A DNA stretch of 64,000 bases, from the NCBI GenBank assembly GCA_001595785.1, contig LSSJ01000002.1, positions 22,224 through 86,223 on the forward strand, written 5' to 3'. The number at the start of each line of letters is the position of its first letter. Positions within the stretch are counted from its first letter, which is position 1. The notes beneath the pieces are model-generated. The model saw only the letters and a list, made by a program, of their open reading frames with translations. It searched no databases and was not told the origin of the DNA. The position numbers were made by a program, and so were the translations under genes. The stretch comes from Euryarchaeota archaeon SM23-78 (GTDB taxonomy: Archaea > Nanobdellota > Nanobdellia > Woesearchaeales > SM23-78). Shown piece by piece: positions 20,782 through 30,494 of the stretch.

Positions 20782-22296
20782 ATGGTAAAAAAGAAAGTGC
20801 TAGAAAAGTTGATAAAAGAAAAAGATGAAGAAATAGCAGAATTAAAAAAAAAGGTTGAGAAATATAAAAAAGAAGCTATTGCTAATAAGTCAGAAGCTGA
20901 AGCATATAAATCACAATTAGAAGAACAAAAAATAATTAACCAAGAGCAACAAGAGTTGATAAAAGAGTATGAAGAAGAACTAGGAATAGAATCTAAAGAA
21001 GGAAAAGTAACAACAATAATTGGCCACTTGTCTAGAGCAAGCCATTATCTTTTTGAAACAAAAACACCTGATAAAGCAACACCTCATCTAAGAAAGAGCA
21101 TTAAATTAGATGATCAAAAAATTGTTCGATTAGATAATCTGACCAAGAAAAAAGAAATATCTGTATTTTTATGTAAGGCTAGAGATGGAAAAACTTTAAT
21201 CAGGCTAAACCGGCCAAAAGAAAAAGAGATTATTGAATATGGACTTACATTAGAAAATGCGTTGCTAATGGTTTATCCAAGTGCAGACATGGCAAACGCA
21301 GTGTATAAGGTATATAAAAGAACGCTTGAGGATAAAAATAATAAGCCGACTCGAGAGACTCCAAATCTTTGTGAAAAAATACAAGCCCAGGAATTTCTCT
21401 TGGAAAAAATTATACCTATTTCATATTTAACTCCAAATGGTCTGTTTAGTCTTTTTCATTTGATTGAAAGCAAAGATTTCTCCTCCCATATAAAAAAAGC
21501 ATTTATCGAGTCTCTGATTAAAAAACAGCTCAGAGATGTCGCATATCTAAGAACCAGAGAGTATGGCTTTGATAAAAATCTTATCATTAATTCTTCTCAT
21601 GGAGATAAAATGCTTGAGGTTTATGATGAAGCAAAAATATCTTTAACACCTAAAGAAAAAAGAAAAATTAAGGAGGCAGGAAAACTTATTGATGAAAGAG
21701 CGAACCATTCTTTTGTAGATGGTGCTTCTTGGAATTCCTTTCCTCATAAAATATTAGTAGACAGTTATTTTCATAACAAAGTAGCTAAAATGATTTCACA
21801 AGAAATAATAGATTATAATGAACTAAATAATGAAATAGAAGAGTTGGTAAAAAAGCACACTTATCGAATTGATCTTGATAAAATGGTAAGATTGACTTTT
21901 CCATCAGACGATGCAATACATACTTTGGAATGGCCAGTGCCCATATTACTTCCAAGTGAGAGAATAAGGTATGAACAATATTTTGTTGAAAAACTTTCTG
22001 AACATGGAGAGGATACAGAACACTACTGGGATTTAAGGGCGTTAGAAGGGTTTTATAGGCACATAAGAATGTGGTTCTTTTACAGACAAAACCCTGATAA
22101 CTATCCTGATCCTGAGGATGTATACAAACAGCACCATTTGAATATGTCTTTTTACAGCATTTATATACACACCTTTGGAAGAGGACCACCAAAAAAAGAG
22201 ATGATCAATACTAATCTTAGGAAAGGATTAGAATTAATGATGCATCCCAACTGTAGACCCCAAGCAATCAAATATCCTATTAATTATGCTGAATAA
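20782..22296 (+). CDS. Hypothetical protein with N-terminal coiled coil
   Basis: 504-aa ORF with a K/E-rich heptad N-terminus. No recognisable catalytic motif. Its 3' end overlaps the convergent gene 22234-23151 by 63 nt. Confidence 0.5.
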   Translation: MVKKKVLEKLIKEKDEEIAELKKKVEKYKKEAIANKSEAEAYKSQLEEQKIINQEQQELIKEYEEELGIESKEGKVTTIIGHLSRASHYLFETKTPDKATPHLRKSIKLDDQKIVRLDNLTKKKEISVFLCKARDGKTLIRLNRPKEKEIIEYGLTLENALLMVYPSADMANAVYKVYKRTLEDKNNKPTRETPNLCEKIQAQEFLLEKIIPISYLTPNGLFSLFHLIESKDFSSHIKKAFIESLIKKQLRDVAYLRTREYGFDKNLIINSSHGDKMLEVYDEAKISLTPKEKRKIKEAGKLIDERANHSFVDGASWNSFPHKILVDSYFHNKVAKMISQEIIDYNELNNEIEELVKKHTYRIDLDKMVRLTFPSDDAIHTLEWPVPILLPSERIRYEQYFVEKLSEHGEDTEHYWDLRALEGFYRHIRMWFFYRQNPDNYPDPEDVYKQHHLNMSFYSIYIHTFGRGPPKKEMINTNLRKGLELMMHPNCRPQAIKYPINYAE

Positions 22297-23151
22297 ATAA
22301 GGATATAATGACTTCTCACCAGAACTAAATTTGGTTTCTAAGAGTTCTTGTTTTAAGGATTTAATCTTCTGTCTCATTCTTAGCAGTTCTTTATCAGAAT
22401 AATTATAGAAGAAACGATAATAGTTTTCAAACAAATCATTTATTTGAGAGTAGATATCTTGAACATCAAGACTTATTTTAAAAGTTGGTTTATTAAGGAT
22501 AATATTTATTATATCCCTGTAATCATCACATATGCTCTCAATAACCCATATTATAAGATAGGTATATGTTGTCTTATCATCTTTATAGGGTTTCTTATTA
22601 AGCAGTCTTTGGCAGTAGTTGGTAAGCTTGTTAATAGTTTGTTCAAGAACAAGTACTTCTTTAAGTTTATCAGTGCTTTCCTCTCTTAGCCCGTCTAAAC
22701 TATTCTTTGCAAGGGAAAGGGCTACTAAGAAGATTCTTCTAACCAAGGTATCTAACTCTGATAAATGGTCACCGGAAACTGCCTTTACAACGCAGAGGTT
22801 GCCTTTTTGCTCTGTTATTTCATACCCCATTAGCATGGTGTTAATTCTTTCTTGTATTATTTTAATGGTCTCAGGATTGTTAAAGGTTATCTCTATCTCG
22901 TCATAACCAGATTTGTGGAGCACAGAAAGGATGCTATGAATAGCTCCCCAGTTAGTGTCTGAGAAATCAGCTTTAGTCTTTTTGATTAGAAGATGCTCTT
23001 GTCCTGGATAAATCGTTAGTACTTCTCCTTCATCATCAACATTAAGTTCATCTCCTTTCTTGATGTTGTTGGTTTTGACCCATTTTGATGGTAGAGAAAC
23101 TGTTAGGGTTGAAGGCCCGTGCAGAATTACTTTTCGCTTAATCTTAACCAC
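22234..23151 (-). CDS. AbrB/SpoVT swapped-hairpin domain fused to a PhoU-like helical domain (archaeal PhoU-type regulator architecture)
   Basis: N-terminus KVILHGPSTLTVSLPSKWVKTNNIKKGDELNVDDEGEVLTI is a typical AbrB/SpoVT fold signature. The remainder is alpha-helical with two similar halves. Confidence 0.55.
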   Translation of the reverse strand: MVKIKRKVILHGPSTLTVSLPSKWVKTNNIKKGDELNVDDEGEVLTIYPGQEHLLIKKTKADFSDTNWGAIHSILSVLHKSGYDEIEITFNNPETIKIIQERINTMLMGYEITEQKGNLCVVKAVSGDHLSELDTLVRRIFLVALSLAKNSLDGLREESTDKLKEVLVLEQTINKLTNYCQRLLNKKPYKDDKTTYTYLIIWVIESICDDYRDIINIILNKPTFKISLDVQDIYSQINDLFENYYRFFYNYSDKELLRMRQKIKSLKQELLETKFSSGEKSLYPYLFSIINRIFDCLGSTVGMHH

Positions 23152-23347
23152 CCCCTAAGCATGACTGAGAAAAGGGTCCTTATATAAATATCTTTCTAAA
23201 AATATACATATGTATATAATGTGATAAAAAAGTATATATAACCAATTTGTGATAATTTATCCTGAAAAAAAATTAGAGGTAAAAAACAGTCCTAATTTAT
23301 CCAAAATATAATTTAAAAAGAATTCAAAAAACAAAAGGGTGAGAATT

Positions 23348-23668
23348 ATGGGGAGCATAATAAGTTCAAGAAGAGAAGATGCGAAGGTGGTTGTAGAAGC
23401 AGCACTAGATTATGAAGAGCTGGTTCAGCTTAGAGGGGAGATAGATAATGTCCACTTATTCTCGGAAAAGGTAGCTGATTTAGAGACTAATATATCAAGC
23501 AGAGGAAAGAATGAAGCCACTAAATACTTCTTAATACCAAGGCATCTGAGAAAAGATTTGAGCATAAGAGAGCCTGTAAGCTGCCAGAGAATAAACACAC
23601 CTGATAAAGCAATCTTTGTATATGTGGTTAACAGAAATGTTTTTCATGGAGTTAAAAAGCTAAGGTAA
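23348..23668 (+). CDS. Small hypothetical protein
   Basis: ATG at 23348 has AAGGGTGAG 7 nt upstream. The track ORF opens with GTG at 23339, inside that ribosome-binding site. Confidence 0.4.
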   Translation: MGSIISSRREDAKVVVEAALDYEELVQLRGEIDNVHLFSEKVADLETNISSRGKNEATKYFLIPRHLRKDLSIREPVSCQRINTPDKAIFVYVVNRNVFHGVKKLR

Positions 23669-23716
23669 AACAGAAGAGTAAGAGAGAATATGCTAATGGA
23701 CCAAGGGTGACTAAAA

Positions 23717-24262
23717 ATGGAATTCTTATTAGGGATAAGTGAGAATAAATTTGTTCTTATTCTTCTTAAAAGCAAAAACTACTTAGAAGAGCTGCACAAG
23801 ATGATAAAAGAGGTAAAGAAACATCACACAAAAATATGCTATGTATGTCTCTCAAAGCCATATTCAGAGGTGATTGACAATCTTAAAAATGAGAGAATAA
23901 ACTATGAGCATTTTATCTTTATAGATGTTATTAGCAGTCTTCACTACAAGCTCAAACCAGTCAAGAACTGCATCTTTGTTACAGGCCCAGAGAACTTAAT
24001 AGAACTAAAAAAAGCTATAAAAAGGGCAGTAACTAAGAATGAATGCGAAGCAGTAATCTTTGATACAATATCAACCCTGCTCATATACCAACAGACTCAT
24101 TCAATAATAAGATTCACACATGAACTTATAATTGATAAAGACCAAAGCACAATAAACAAGGTATATGTAGTCTTAAAGGAAAAAGGGATTTACAGAAATG
24201 AAAGCGCAAAATTAATAAAGGACCTCAACTTATTTGCGGATAAGACAATCGAAATGAAATAA
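23717..24262 (+). CDS. Walker-A-less KaiC/RecA-fold domain protein; paralog of 17237-17764
   Basis: KICYVCLSKPYSEVIDNLKNERINYEHFIFIDVISS versus KVCYVCLNKPYNSIIDNLKANNLDLDKYFFIDVLTS. AAGGGTGA upstream of the ATG. Directly upstream of the receiver-domain gene. Confidence 0.55.
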   Translation: MEFLLGISENKFVLILLKSKNYLEELHKMIKEVKKHHTKICYVCLSKPYSEVIDNLKNERINYEHFIFIDVISSLHYKLKPVKNCIFVTGPENLIELKKAIKRAVTKNECEAVIFDTISTLLIYQQTHSIIRFTHELIIDKDQSTINKVYVVLKEKGIYRNESAKLIKDLNLFADKTIEMK

Positions 24263-24323
24263 ATAAAAAAAGAAACAAAAATATAAAAATATAATTAATT
24301 TGATAAAAAAAGGAGTTCGTAAA

Positions 24324-24692
24324 ATGCCTAAGACAATAATGATAGTGGATGATGAGCCTCACATGGTAGAGCTAGAAAAAGCCATCCTTGAAGCAGAAGG
24401 GTTCAAAATAATAAGTGCTTTGGATGGAAAGCAAGCATTAAAAATCCTTGAGACAATCAAGCCAGACCTCGTAATCCTTGATATGATGATGCCAGGCATG
24501 TCAGGCAGAGAGGTGTGCGAGAAGATAAGAAAGAATCCTAAGACAAAGAAGCTGAAAATAATATTTGTAACAGTTGCCAGGTTCTCAGAGATTGGTAAGA
24601 ACCAACTCAAAGGCATGGATGTTCTTGATTATATCACCAAGCCCTTTGATAATGAGGAGTTAGTGAAAAGGGTAAAAAAGATTTTAGGATAA
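24324..24692 (+). CDS. Stand-alone CheY-like response-regulator receiver domain
   Basis: IMIVDDEP, conserved phospho-acceptor context VILDMMMPGMSG, KPF motif. AAAGGAG 8 nt upstream of the ATG. Confidence 0.8.
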   Translation: MPKTIMIVDDEPHMVELEKAILEAEGFKIISALDGKQALKILETIKPDLVILDMMMPGMSGREVCEKIRKNPKTKKLKIIFVTVARFSEIGKNQLKGMDVLDYITKPFDNEELVKRVKKILG

Positions 24693-24705
24693 ATAAAAAA
24701 ACAGT

Positions 24706-25491
24706 TTAAATCTCTTTTTCTTTTACCTCCATTACTTTCTCCTTTATTTGACGTTGTACTCTCTTAAAATACACTAGCGCATATATCACTAGGAAGAACA
24801 TGAGATACCACAAGAGATCAATATACTGCTTTCCTAAAGCATAGATTTCATAGTTCTGAACATACCACAAATCAGCTATCAGAGTTGAAATAATTCCTAG
24901 ACCTATGAGAATCCAGCCGAGTGATAGCTTACCAGAGATTAATGAATAAGACAGGAATATTAAGGGTATGATTAAGAGTAGGTCTGCAATCACATAACCA
25001 CTTGTTACAAGGTTTTCTATGAATGATACTTCAAGGTCCCATGCAAAAGGAAAGAAATACAGGTAAACTCCTACAGCAGCTATTGTAATCAATACTAAAA
25101 ATATTATTCTCTTCTTGTTCTTGAATATATCAGGAGTTGACATCTTTATCCCATAAAATATGCCAATCATCAGGAACGGGTAGGTTAAAAGATAAGCAAC
25201 ATCTGCAAATGAGACAACAGCTTCTTCATAAATTATCCATAAGATTTCTCCTACCGTCCAACAGAAGAAGCCAATGGTTAGGAATAGGATTGCTTTTCCT
25301 TGCAAACTCCTAGTTCCAAACACTTTAGCCAAATAAACACCCAGGGCTACTGTTATTAAAGGTAATCCTATGGTTACAATATAAGTGAACATATCAAATA
25401 CTGTTTCTGCTCCTGGCTCAAATATATACATAAGAACTATTGCAACAAAACCAAGTATTAATAATATTAAAACCCAATCTATTCTTTTCAT
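24706..25491 (-). CDS. Polytopic integral membrane protein (about 7-8 TM helices), unknown function
   Basis: Hydrophobic helices throughout. 4-nt overlap (ATGA) with the upstream small gene 25488-25715. Confidence 0.55.
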   Translation of the reverse strand: MKRIDWVLILLILGFVAIVLMYIFEPGAETVFDMFTYIVTIGLPLITVALGVYLAKVFGTRSLQGKAILFLTIGFFCWTVGEILWIIYEEAVVSFADVAYLLTYPFLMIGIFYGIKMSTPDIFKNKKRIIFLVLITIAAVGVYLYFFPFAWDLEVSFIENLVTSGYVIADLLLIIPLIFLSYSLISGKLSLGWILIGLGIISTLIADLWYVQNYEIYALGKQYIDLLWYLMFFLVIYALVYFKRVQRQIKEKVMEVKEKEI

Positions 25492-25715
25492 TTTCCCATC
25501 ACCTCTTCTAACTTCTTTATTTCAGGATATTTATTAATTATACCTCTAAGATGCTTCTCTGTGCTTTCCTGTCCTAAAAGCTTTGATAACATCTCCTTGC
25601 ACGCTAATAAAAGTTCCTCTGGATTGCTCTCATCATAATATTTCTCAAATGTTTCTCTAGTGTCCTTACCAAACAAGGATTCCATTAGTTCTATAATGTC
25701 CTGTTTTAATCCCAT
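25488..25715 (-). CDS. Small hypothetical cytoplasmic protein
   Basis: 75-aa ORF translationally coupled to the membrane protein gene. Lies downstream of the histidine kinase in the same orientation. Confidence 0.35.
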   Translation of the reverse strand: MGLKQDIIELMESLFGKDTRETFEKYYDESNPEELLLACKEMLSKLLGQESTEKHLRGIINKYPEIKKLEEVMGK

Positions 25716-25746
25716 TTTAATCTAAAAAATTATTTAAACCTTTTAT

Positions 25747-27834
25747 TTATCTCTTTATATCCTTTTCTACTTTTAATTTTTTCTTTTTCTCTTTCTTCAT
25801 CTTGAATACTTCTAAACGCTTCTCCTCCATGAGGAGTTTGGATTTTATAGGCAGGGTGAAGAAAAAAGTTGTTCCTTTACCAATCTGGCTCTTAAGCCAT
25901 ATCTTTCCACCCATAGCCTCAACCATGCCTTTGCATATGGCTAACCCAAGACCAGAGCCAACAGCTTTCCTGGTATATGAAGAATCAACCTGGTAAAACC
26001 TTTCAAATATCTTTGAGAAGTACTTCTTCTTAATCCCAATACCCTCGTCCTTCACAGAGAAAAGGATTTGTTCTTCTTGCTTTGAAGCAGACACAAAAAT
26101 TTTCTTATTTTTCTTAACAGTGTACTTCACAGCATTATTAACCAGGTTGACTAGTATTTGAATAAATCTGCTTTTGTCAGTAACAAAGTTTTGAGGTACA
26201 TTATTTGCAACATTTGCTTTTAGAGTTATTCCTTTCTTAGCAGCCAAGAGATACAACTCCTTAACAAGGCCCTTGAAAGCCTCCCTGATATCTGTTTCTT
26301 CAAACACAAACTTCAGAGTGCCAAGATCAATCCGGGAAAGGTCAAGGATGTCATCAATCAGCTTCTTAAGCCTCATAGAATCCTCTATGATAATGCTCAA
26401 GTAATAATTTCTTTGCTCAGGATTAGCCATGATTTTCTCGTTCTTAAGAAGCCCTGCAAAGCCATGGATAGAAGCAAGAGGAGTCTTAAGCTCATGAGCA
26501 GTCATGGATATGAACTCGTTCTTGTACTCATCCATCCTTTTCAATTCAATATTTGCCTTCTCCAATGCCTCATTAAGCTTAATCAAATCCTTCTGCGATT
26601 TCTCAAGATCCCCCTTTGATATACTAACATCCTCAAGCATGTTAAGAACGGCAGTTCTTGTGTCCTCAAGCTCCTTTACCTTTTTTTTCAGCTCTTCTGT
26701 TCTTTTTTCTACTAATTTTTCTAATTCTCTTTCGTGCCTTCTTATTTTTTCATGAGATTCTTTTAAATCCGTGGTCATCTGATTAAAAGTATCAGCTAAA
26801 TCGCCAAGTTCATCTTTAGAAATTATTTTAATCTTGTAATCCAAGTTCCCCATCCTAACTTCTTTAACTCCTTCTTGTAAATGGGTAACTGGTTTCAATA
26901 ATTTTTTAAAAACAATTATTAAAAGGACAGCTATGAATAGAACAAACAAAATAATTGAAAGCCCGGCAAGAAAAAGAAGTGTTGATAATTCTTGAAATAT
27001 TTCTTTTACAGGTAATTCTACTATTACGCCCCAGCCAGTAGTGTCAATTGATTTCCAGTTACCAATAACCTTTTCGTTATTAAAAGAGGTATAAGTTTCA
27101 GACGTGCGAATATTATTCAAAAAATTTTTAACTCCTTGAATCTGTTTCAAATCTAAATTTTCCATAACCAGACTTATGTCTTTATATGCTATAAGCCTTC
27201 CTCTTTGGTCTACAACATAAATATATCCTGTTTTTTTAACTCTTATTTTAGAGGTGGTATCCCACATCGGGCTTAAATCAACCTCAGCATCCAGAACTCC
27301 GATTATAGTATCATTTTCATCCTGTATTGGTGAACTAATTGAAATAAAGGGTAGTTGATACTCAGAAATATAAATGGGGCCTAAATAATAATCTTCTTCA
27401 AGTGCTTTCTTAAACTTCTCCTGAGCAGAAACATCTTTTAATTCTGAAGATGTTTTCGGGTCATGTCTCACAATTTTAGTTATTTCATTTCCTTCTATAT
27501 CAATAATTGAAAGAGAATAAATACTAGGATTATGTCTAAGTAAATTTTTTAAACTTCTAGTGTTTAAATCTTTTTCAAAGCGATTGGTTTTACCAATTTC
27601 TTCACTAAATAATTTCAATTCACCAAGAATATTTTTAATATAATAATGAATTTCAGAACTAGCTTTAACTGAAACCTCTTCTTGAACTTCTTGTATAGAA
27701 TTCATGTGTGCACTAAAATTATAATAAATTAAGCTTGTAATTAATATTAAAGTAAAAAAAGAAATTATTAAGTACGGGATTATTAATTTTAATCCTAGTC
27801 TACCAGATATTACTTTGATTTTCTTTTTTTCCAT
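25747..27834 (-). CDS. Sensor histidine kinase: TM, ~270-aa extracytoplasmic Cache-like domain, TM, HAMP, HisKA, HATPase_c
   Basis: H-box FISMTAHELKTPL. N-box LVNNAVKYT. G-boxes DEGIGI and GSGLGLAICKGMVEAMGG. HAMP after the second TM. Confidence 0.85.
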   Translation of the reverse strand: MEKKKIKVISGRLGLKLIIPYLIISFFTLILITSLIYYNFSAHMNSIQEVQEEVSVKASSEIHYYIKNILGELKLFSEEIGKTNRFEKDLNTRSLKNLLRHNPSIYSLSIIDIEGNEITKIVRHDPKTSSELKDVSAQEKFKKALEEDYYLGPIYISEYQLPFISISSPIQDENDTIIGVLDAEVDLSPMWDTTSKIRVKKTGYIYVVDQRGRLIAYKDISLVMENLDLKQIQGVKNFLNNIRTSETYTSFNNEKVIGNWKSIDTTGWGVIVELPVKEIFQELSTLLFLAGLSIILFVLFIAVLLIIVFKKLLKPVTHLQEGVKEVRMGNLDYKIKIISKDELGDLADTFNQMTTDLKESHEKIRRHERELEKLVEKRTEELKKKVKELEDTRTAVLNMLEDVSISKGDLEKSQKDLIKLNEALEKANIELKRMDEYKNEFISMTAHELKTPLASIHGFAGLLKNEKIMANPEQRNYYLSIIIEDSMRLKKLIDDILDLSRIDLGTLKFVFEETDIREAFKGLVKELYLLAAKKGITLKANVANNVPQNFVTDKSRFIQILVNLVNNAVKYTVKKNKKIFVSASKQEEQILFSVKDEGIGIKKKYFSKIFERFYQVDSSYTRKAVGSGLGLAICKGMVEAMGGKIWLKSQIGKGTTFFFTLPIKSKLLMEEKRLEVFKMKKEKKKKLKVEKDIKR

Positions 27835-27858
27835 TCTGCCTATAATTTTTTACTATGT

Positions 27859-29046
27859 TTAAGACAATACTTTTTCAAAAACAAAACGTTTATTTTGTAC
27901 TATGTTTCCACTTATAATACTTAAGGTAGTGTCGCCATTTTGGTCAAAACTCCAAGTGCCAAAAAGGCCATCATAATCTTTTATTTTGGATACTTCTTCT
28001 AAAATTTTTGCTCTGTCTTTCACTCCCGCTCTTTCAATTGCAAGCAAAGCAACTTTAGCAGCTTCATAACCAAAAGATGACACGGTTCCTGGTTCTTTGT
28101 TGTATCTTACCCTGTAACCTTCAATAAATTCTTTTCCTTTTTCAGTTAATTTTTCTAATTCTGCGGGTGGCACTCCAAAAACAGTTAAGTATGTTCCTTC
28201 TGTAGCATCCCCTCCTAAATCAAGAAATGCCTGTTCCATAATACCATCCGGACCCATTAGTTTTGCATCTAAGCCCAGTTCCTTGATCCCTTTTACTAAA
28301 GGAATTGCTCCGTTCATGGTTACACCACCAAAGTAAATTAAATCAGGGTTCTGGTCTTTGATTGCATTCAATTTTTCCTTGGCATTTTCACTGTTGATTG
28401 ATTCATGACCTAATACAGCTAAGCCTATTTCCAAGGCTTCTTCTTCAAAAAGGTCAGCAATTCCCATACCATAGGCTTCGCCATCATCAAATATATAAAC
28501 ACTCCCAAATCCTAATTCCTTAGCCCAAACAGCCCCTACTGGCCCCTGTACTGCATCTGTTGGACAAACTCTGAAATAATTACGCATTCCTGTTGGATAA
28601 AATATGCCTGGTTCTCCAGGCAGGAAACCTACCATTGTCAGGCCTGGCCAAGTATTTACCGGACTTATCTGAACAAGTCCTCCCTGATTATTTATTGGAA
28701 TACTAACCTTTGCCGCGCCACTATTATATGTTCCCAGATAAACCATTACATTGGGGTCAGCAACAGCTCTCCTAGCAATACCTTCCTCTATCTCGGGTTG
28801 CCATTGTCCGTTTTCATCTCCATCATCCTCTACTACCAACTCTATCTTATAACCTACAACAGTGTAATCAACTTCTTCCAAAGCCAATCTGACTCCATTC
28901 ACAATATCATGACCTGCTTGCATTACTCTCATAGGATTGCTTGTTACAATCTTTATTGTCTTTTGTTCTGACTCTGCACACCCTAAAAAAACGGTGGAAA
29001 ACATTAACCCTACTAAAATAATCCACAACATACTTTTTATTTTCAT
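27859..29046 (-). CDS. Type-1 periplasmic-binding-protein fold, LivJ/LivK-like (branched-chain amino acid type) solute-binding lipoprotein
   Basis: Signal peptide with LGC lipobox-like site. PBP1 signatures across the length (GYKIELVVEDD, NPDLIYFGG, DGIMEQAF). 4-nt overlap with the upstream PAS gene. Confidence 0.75.
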   Translation of the reverse strand: MKIKSMLWIILVGLMFSTVFLGCAESEQKTIKIVTSNPMRVMQAGHDIVNGVRLALEEVDYTVVGYKIELVVEDDGDENGQWQPEIEEGIARRAVADPNVMVYLGTYNSGAAKVSIPINNQGGLVQISPVNTWPGLTMVGFLPGEPGIFYPTGMRNYFRVCPTDAVQGPVGAVWAKELGFGSVYIFDDGEAYGMGIADLFEEEALEIGLAVLGHESINSENAKEKLNAIKDQNPDLIYFGGVTMNGAIPLVKGIKELGLDAKLMGPDGIMEQAFLDLGGDATEGTYLTVFGVPPAELEKLTEKGKEFIEGYRVRYNKEPGTVSSFGYEAAKVALLAIERAGVKDRAKILEEVSKIKDYDGLFGTWSFDQNGDTTLSIISGNIVQNKRFVFEKVLS

Positions 29047-30380
29047 TCTTTCACCCCGGTTTTATTTTTATTTTTTTTAACTTTGCCCTCTAACTCTTTA
29101 ATCCTCTTCTTCAACTTAACCATCTTGAGCTCTCTGCCAACTGCCAACTTGTTGAACCTCTCAAGCTCTTCTGTTCTTTTCTTAAGTTCGTCCTCTATCT
29201 TTTTCCGACCAGTAATATCCACAAAACTCTCAATAAGACGTTTTTTTCCTTCTAATACCATAGGAACAGTGGTTTTGAGGATAGGTATTTTTTCTCCTTT
29301 TACATTTAATAATATCCGCTCAGAATTATCCACTCTTTGTCCTAAATCAAGTATAGGGCACTTATTTCTTTCTGCAGGACAAATAAATTTATGACATATC
29401 TTTCCAAGAATCTTTTCTTTTGGTAATCCAATCATTTGAATTGCTAGAGAATTAACATAAACAATTTTACGGGTCTCGGGGTCAATAATAATCACTCCGG
29501 TCTGCAAATGATCTAATATATCTCTTAAGCGTGCTTCACTCTTCTTCAAGGTCTCTTCTGCTTCTTTTGTCTTAGTTATATCCTCAACAAAAATCATTAC
29601 CTTTTCTACTACGCCCTTCTCGTTTTTCATAGGCAGGCCTGTGAAGTTCCTGACAGTCCTCTTCTTGCTATAATAAGATGTATAAGTAAGAGGCCCGATA
29701 AAGAAGGGTTTGCCTTTAAAACAATTCCTTATCTTACCTGCCAAGCCAAGCTCAACATAAGTTGGAAGCTTAAAAACATTTATCCTAATAAAAACCTCTC
29801 TCTTATCCCCTGAAATCATTAGCATAGTAGGATTAGCATAGTCAACCACTCCCTTCTTGTTAACAGTGAAAACCCCGAAAGGAGCATTCTCAATAATATC
29901 AGACTGAGTTTTATAAGCTTTTGAAATAGCTTCTTGTGCTTTCTTACGATCACTAATGTCCCTAAACATCCCTTGGATTAATTTTTTGCCTTTAAGTTCA
30001 AAGACATTGGCTTTAATTGCAACGTTTTTTATTTTTCCTTTTTTTGTAATAACTTGAGTTTCCAGAATCTTCCCTTCTTTTTCTTTGAGGTGTTGTTCGA
30101 AAGTTCTGCTAAATCTTCCTTTAATTTCTTCTGGAGGATGGATAATCCTCTGATGTTTACCAATCAATTCTGACTTCTCTCTCTCAACCAATCTGCATGC
30201 TGCAAGGTTACAATCAAGTATTATGCCTGTTTTAGCATCAGCTATGAGGATAGCGTCTAAGGCTTCATCAAACAGCCTTTTATACACTTCAAAGCTGTTA
30301 AGCACCTTATTCTTTTCTTCATGCTTAAGGTTGTGCTTATCAGAATTCTTATTTTTGATTGTATTCACAATTATGCTCAC
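29043..30380 (-). CDS. Tandem PAS-domain sensory protein without an output domain
   Basis: Two PAS-like segments (FDEALDAILIADAKTGIILDCNLAACRLVE; RLRDILDHLQTGVIIIDPETRKIVYVNSLA). C-terminal coiled coil. Confidence 0.65.
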   Translation of the reverse strand: MSIIVNTIKNKNSDKHNLKHEEKNKVLNSFEVYKRLFDEALDAILIADAKTGIILDCNLAACRLVEREKSELIGKHQRIIHPPEEIKGRFSRTFEQHLKEKEGKILETQVITKKGKIKNVAIKANVFELKGKKLIQGMFRDISDRKKAQEAISKAYKTQSDIIENAPFGVFTVNKKGVVDYANPTMLMISGDKREVFIRINVFKLPTYVELGLAGKIRNCFKGKPFFIGPLTYTSYYSKKRTVRNFTGLPMKNEKGVVEKVMIFVEDITKTKEAEETLKKSEARLRDILDHLQTGVIIIDPETRKIVYVNSLAIQMIGLPKEKILGKICHKFICPAERNKCPILDLGQRVDNSERILLNVKGEKIPILKTTVPMVLEGKKRLIESFVDITGRKKIEDELKKRTEELERFNKLAVGRELKMVKLKKRIKELEGKVKKNKNKTGVKE

Positions 30381-30494
30381 CCTCTCTTTTCAAATCCTCA
30401 AAAAACTCTTAAAATAAGAGTTTTATAACTATATAGTTACATCTATTGAATTACGGGTATTTTAATCTTTCGTTAATTATGGGATAAATATATA

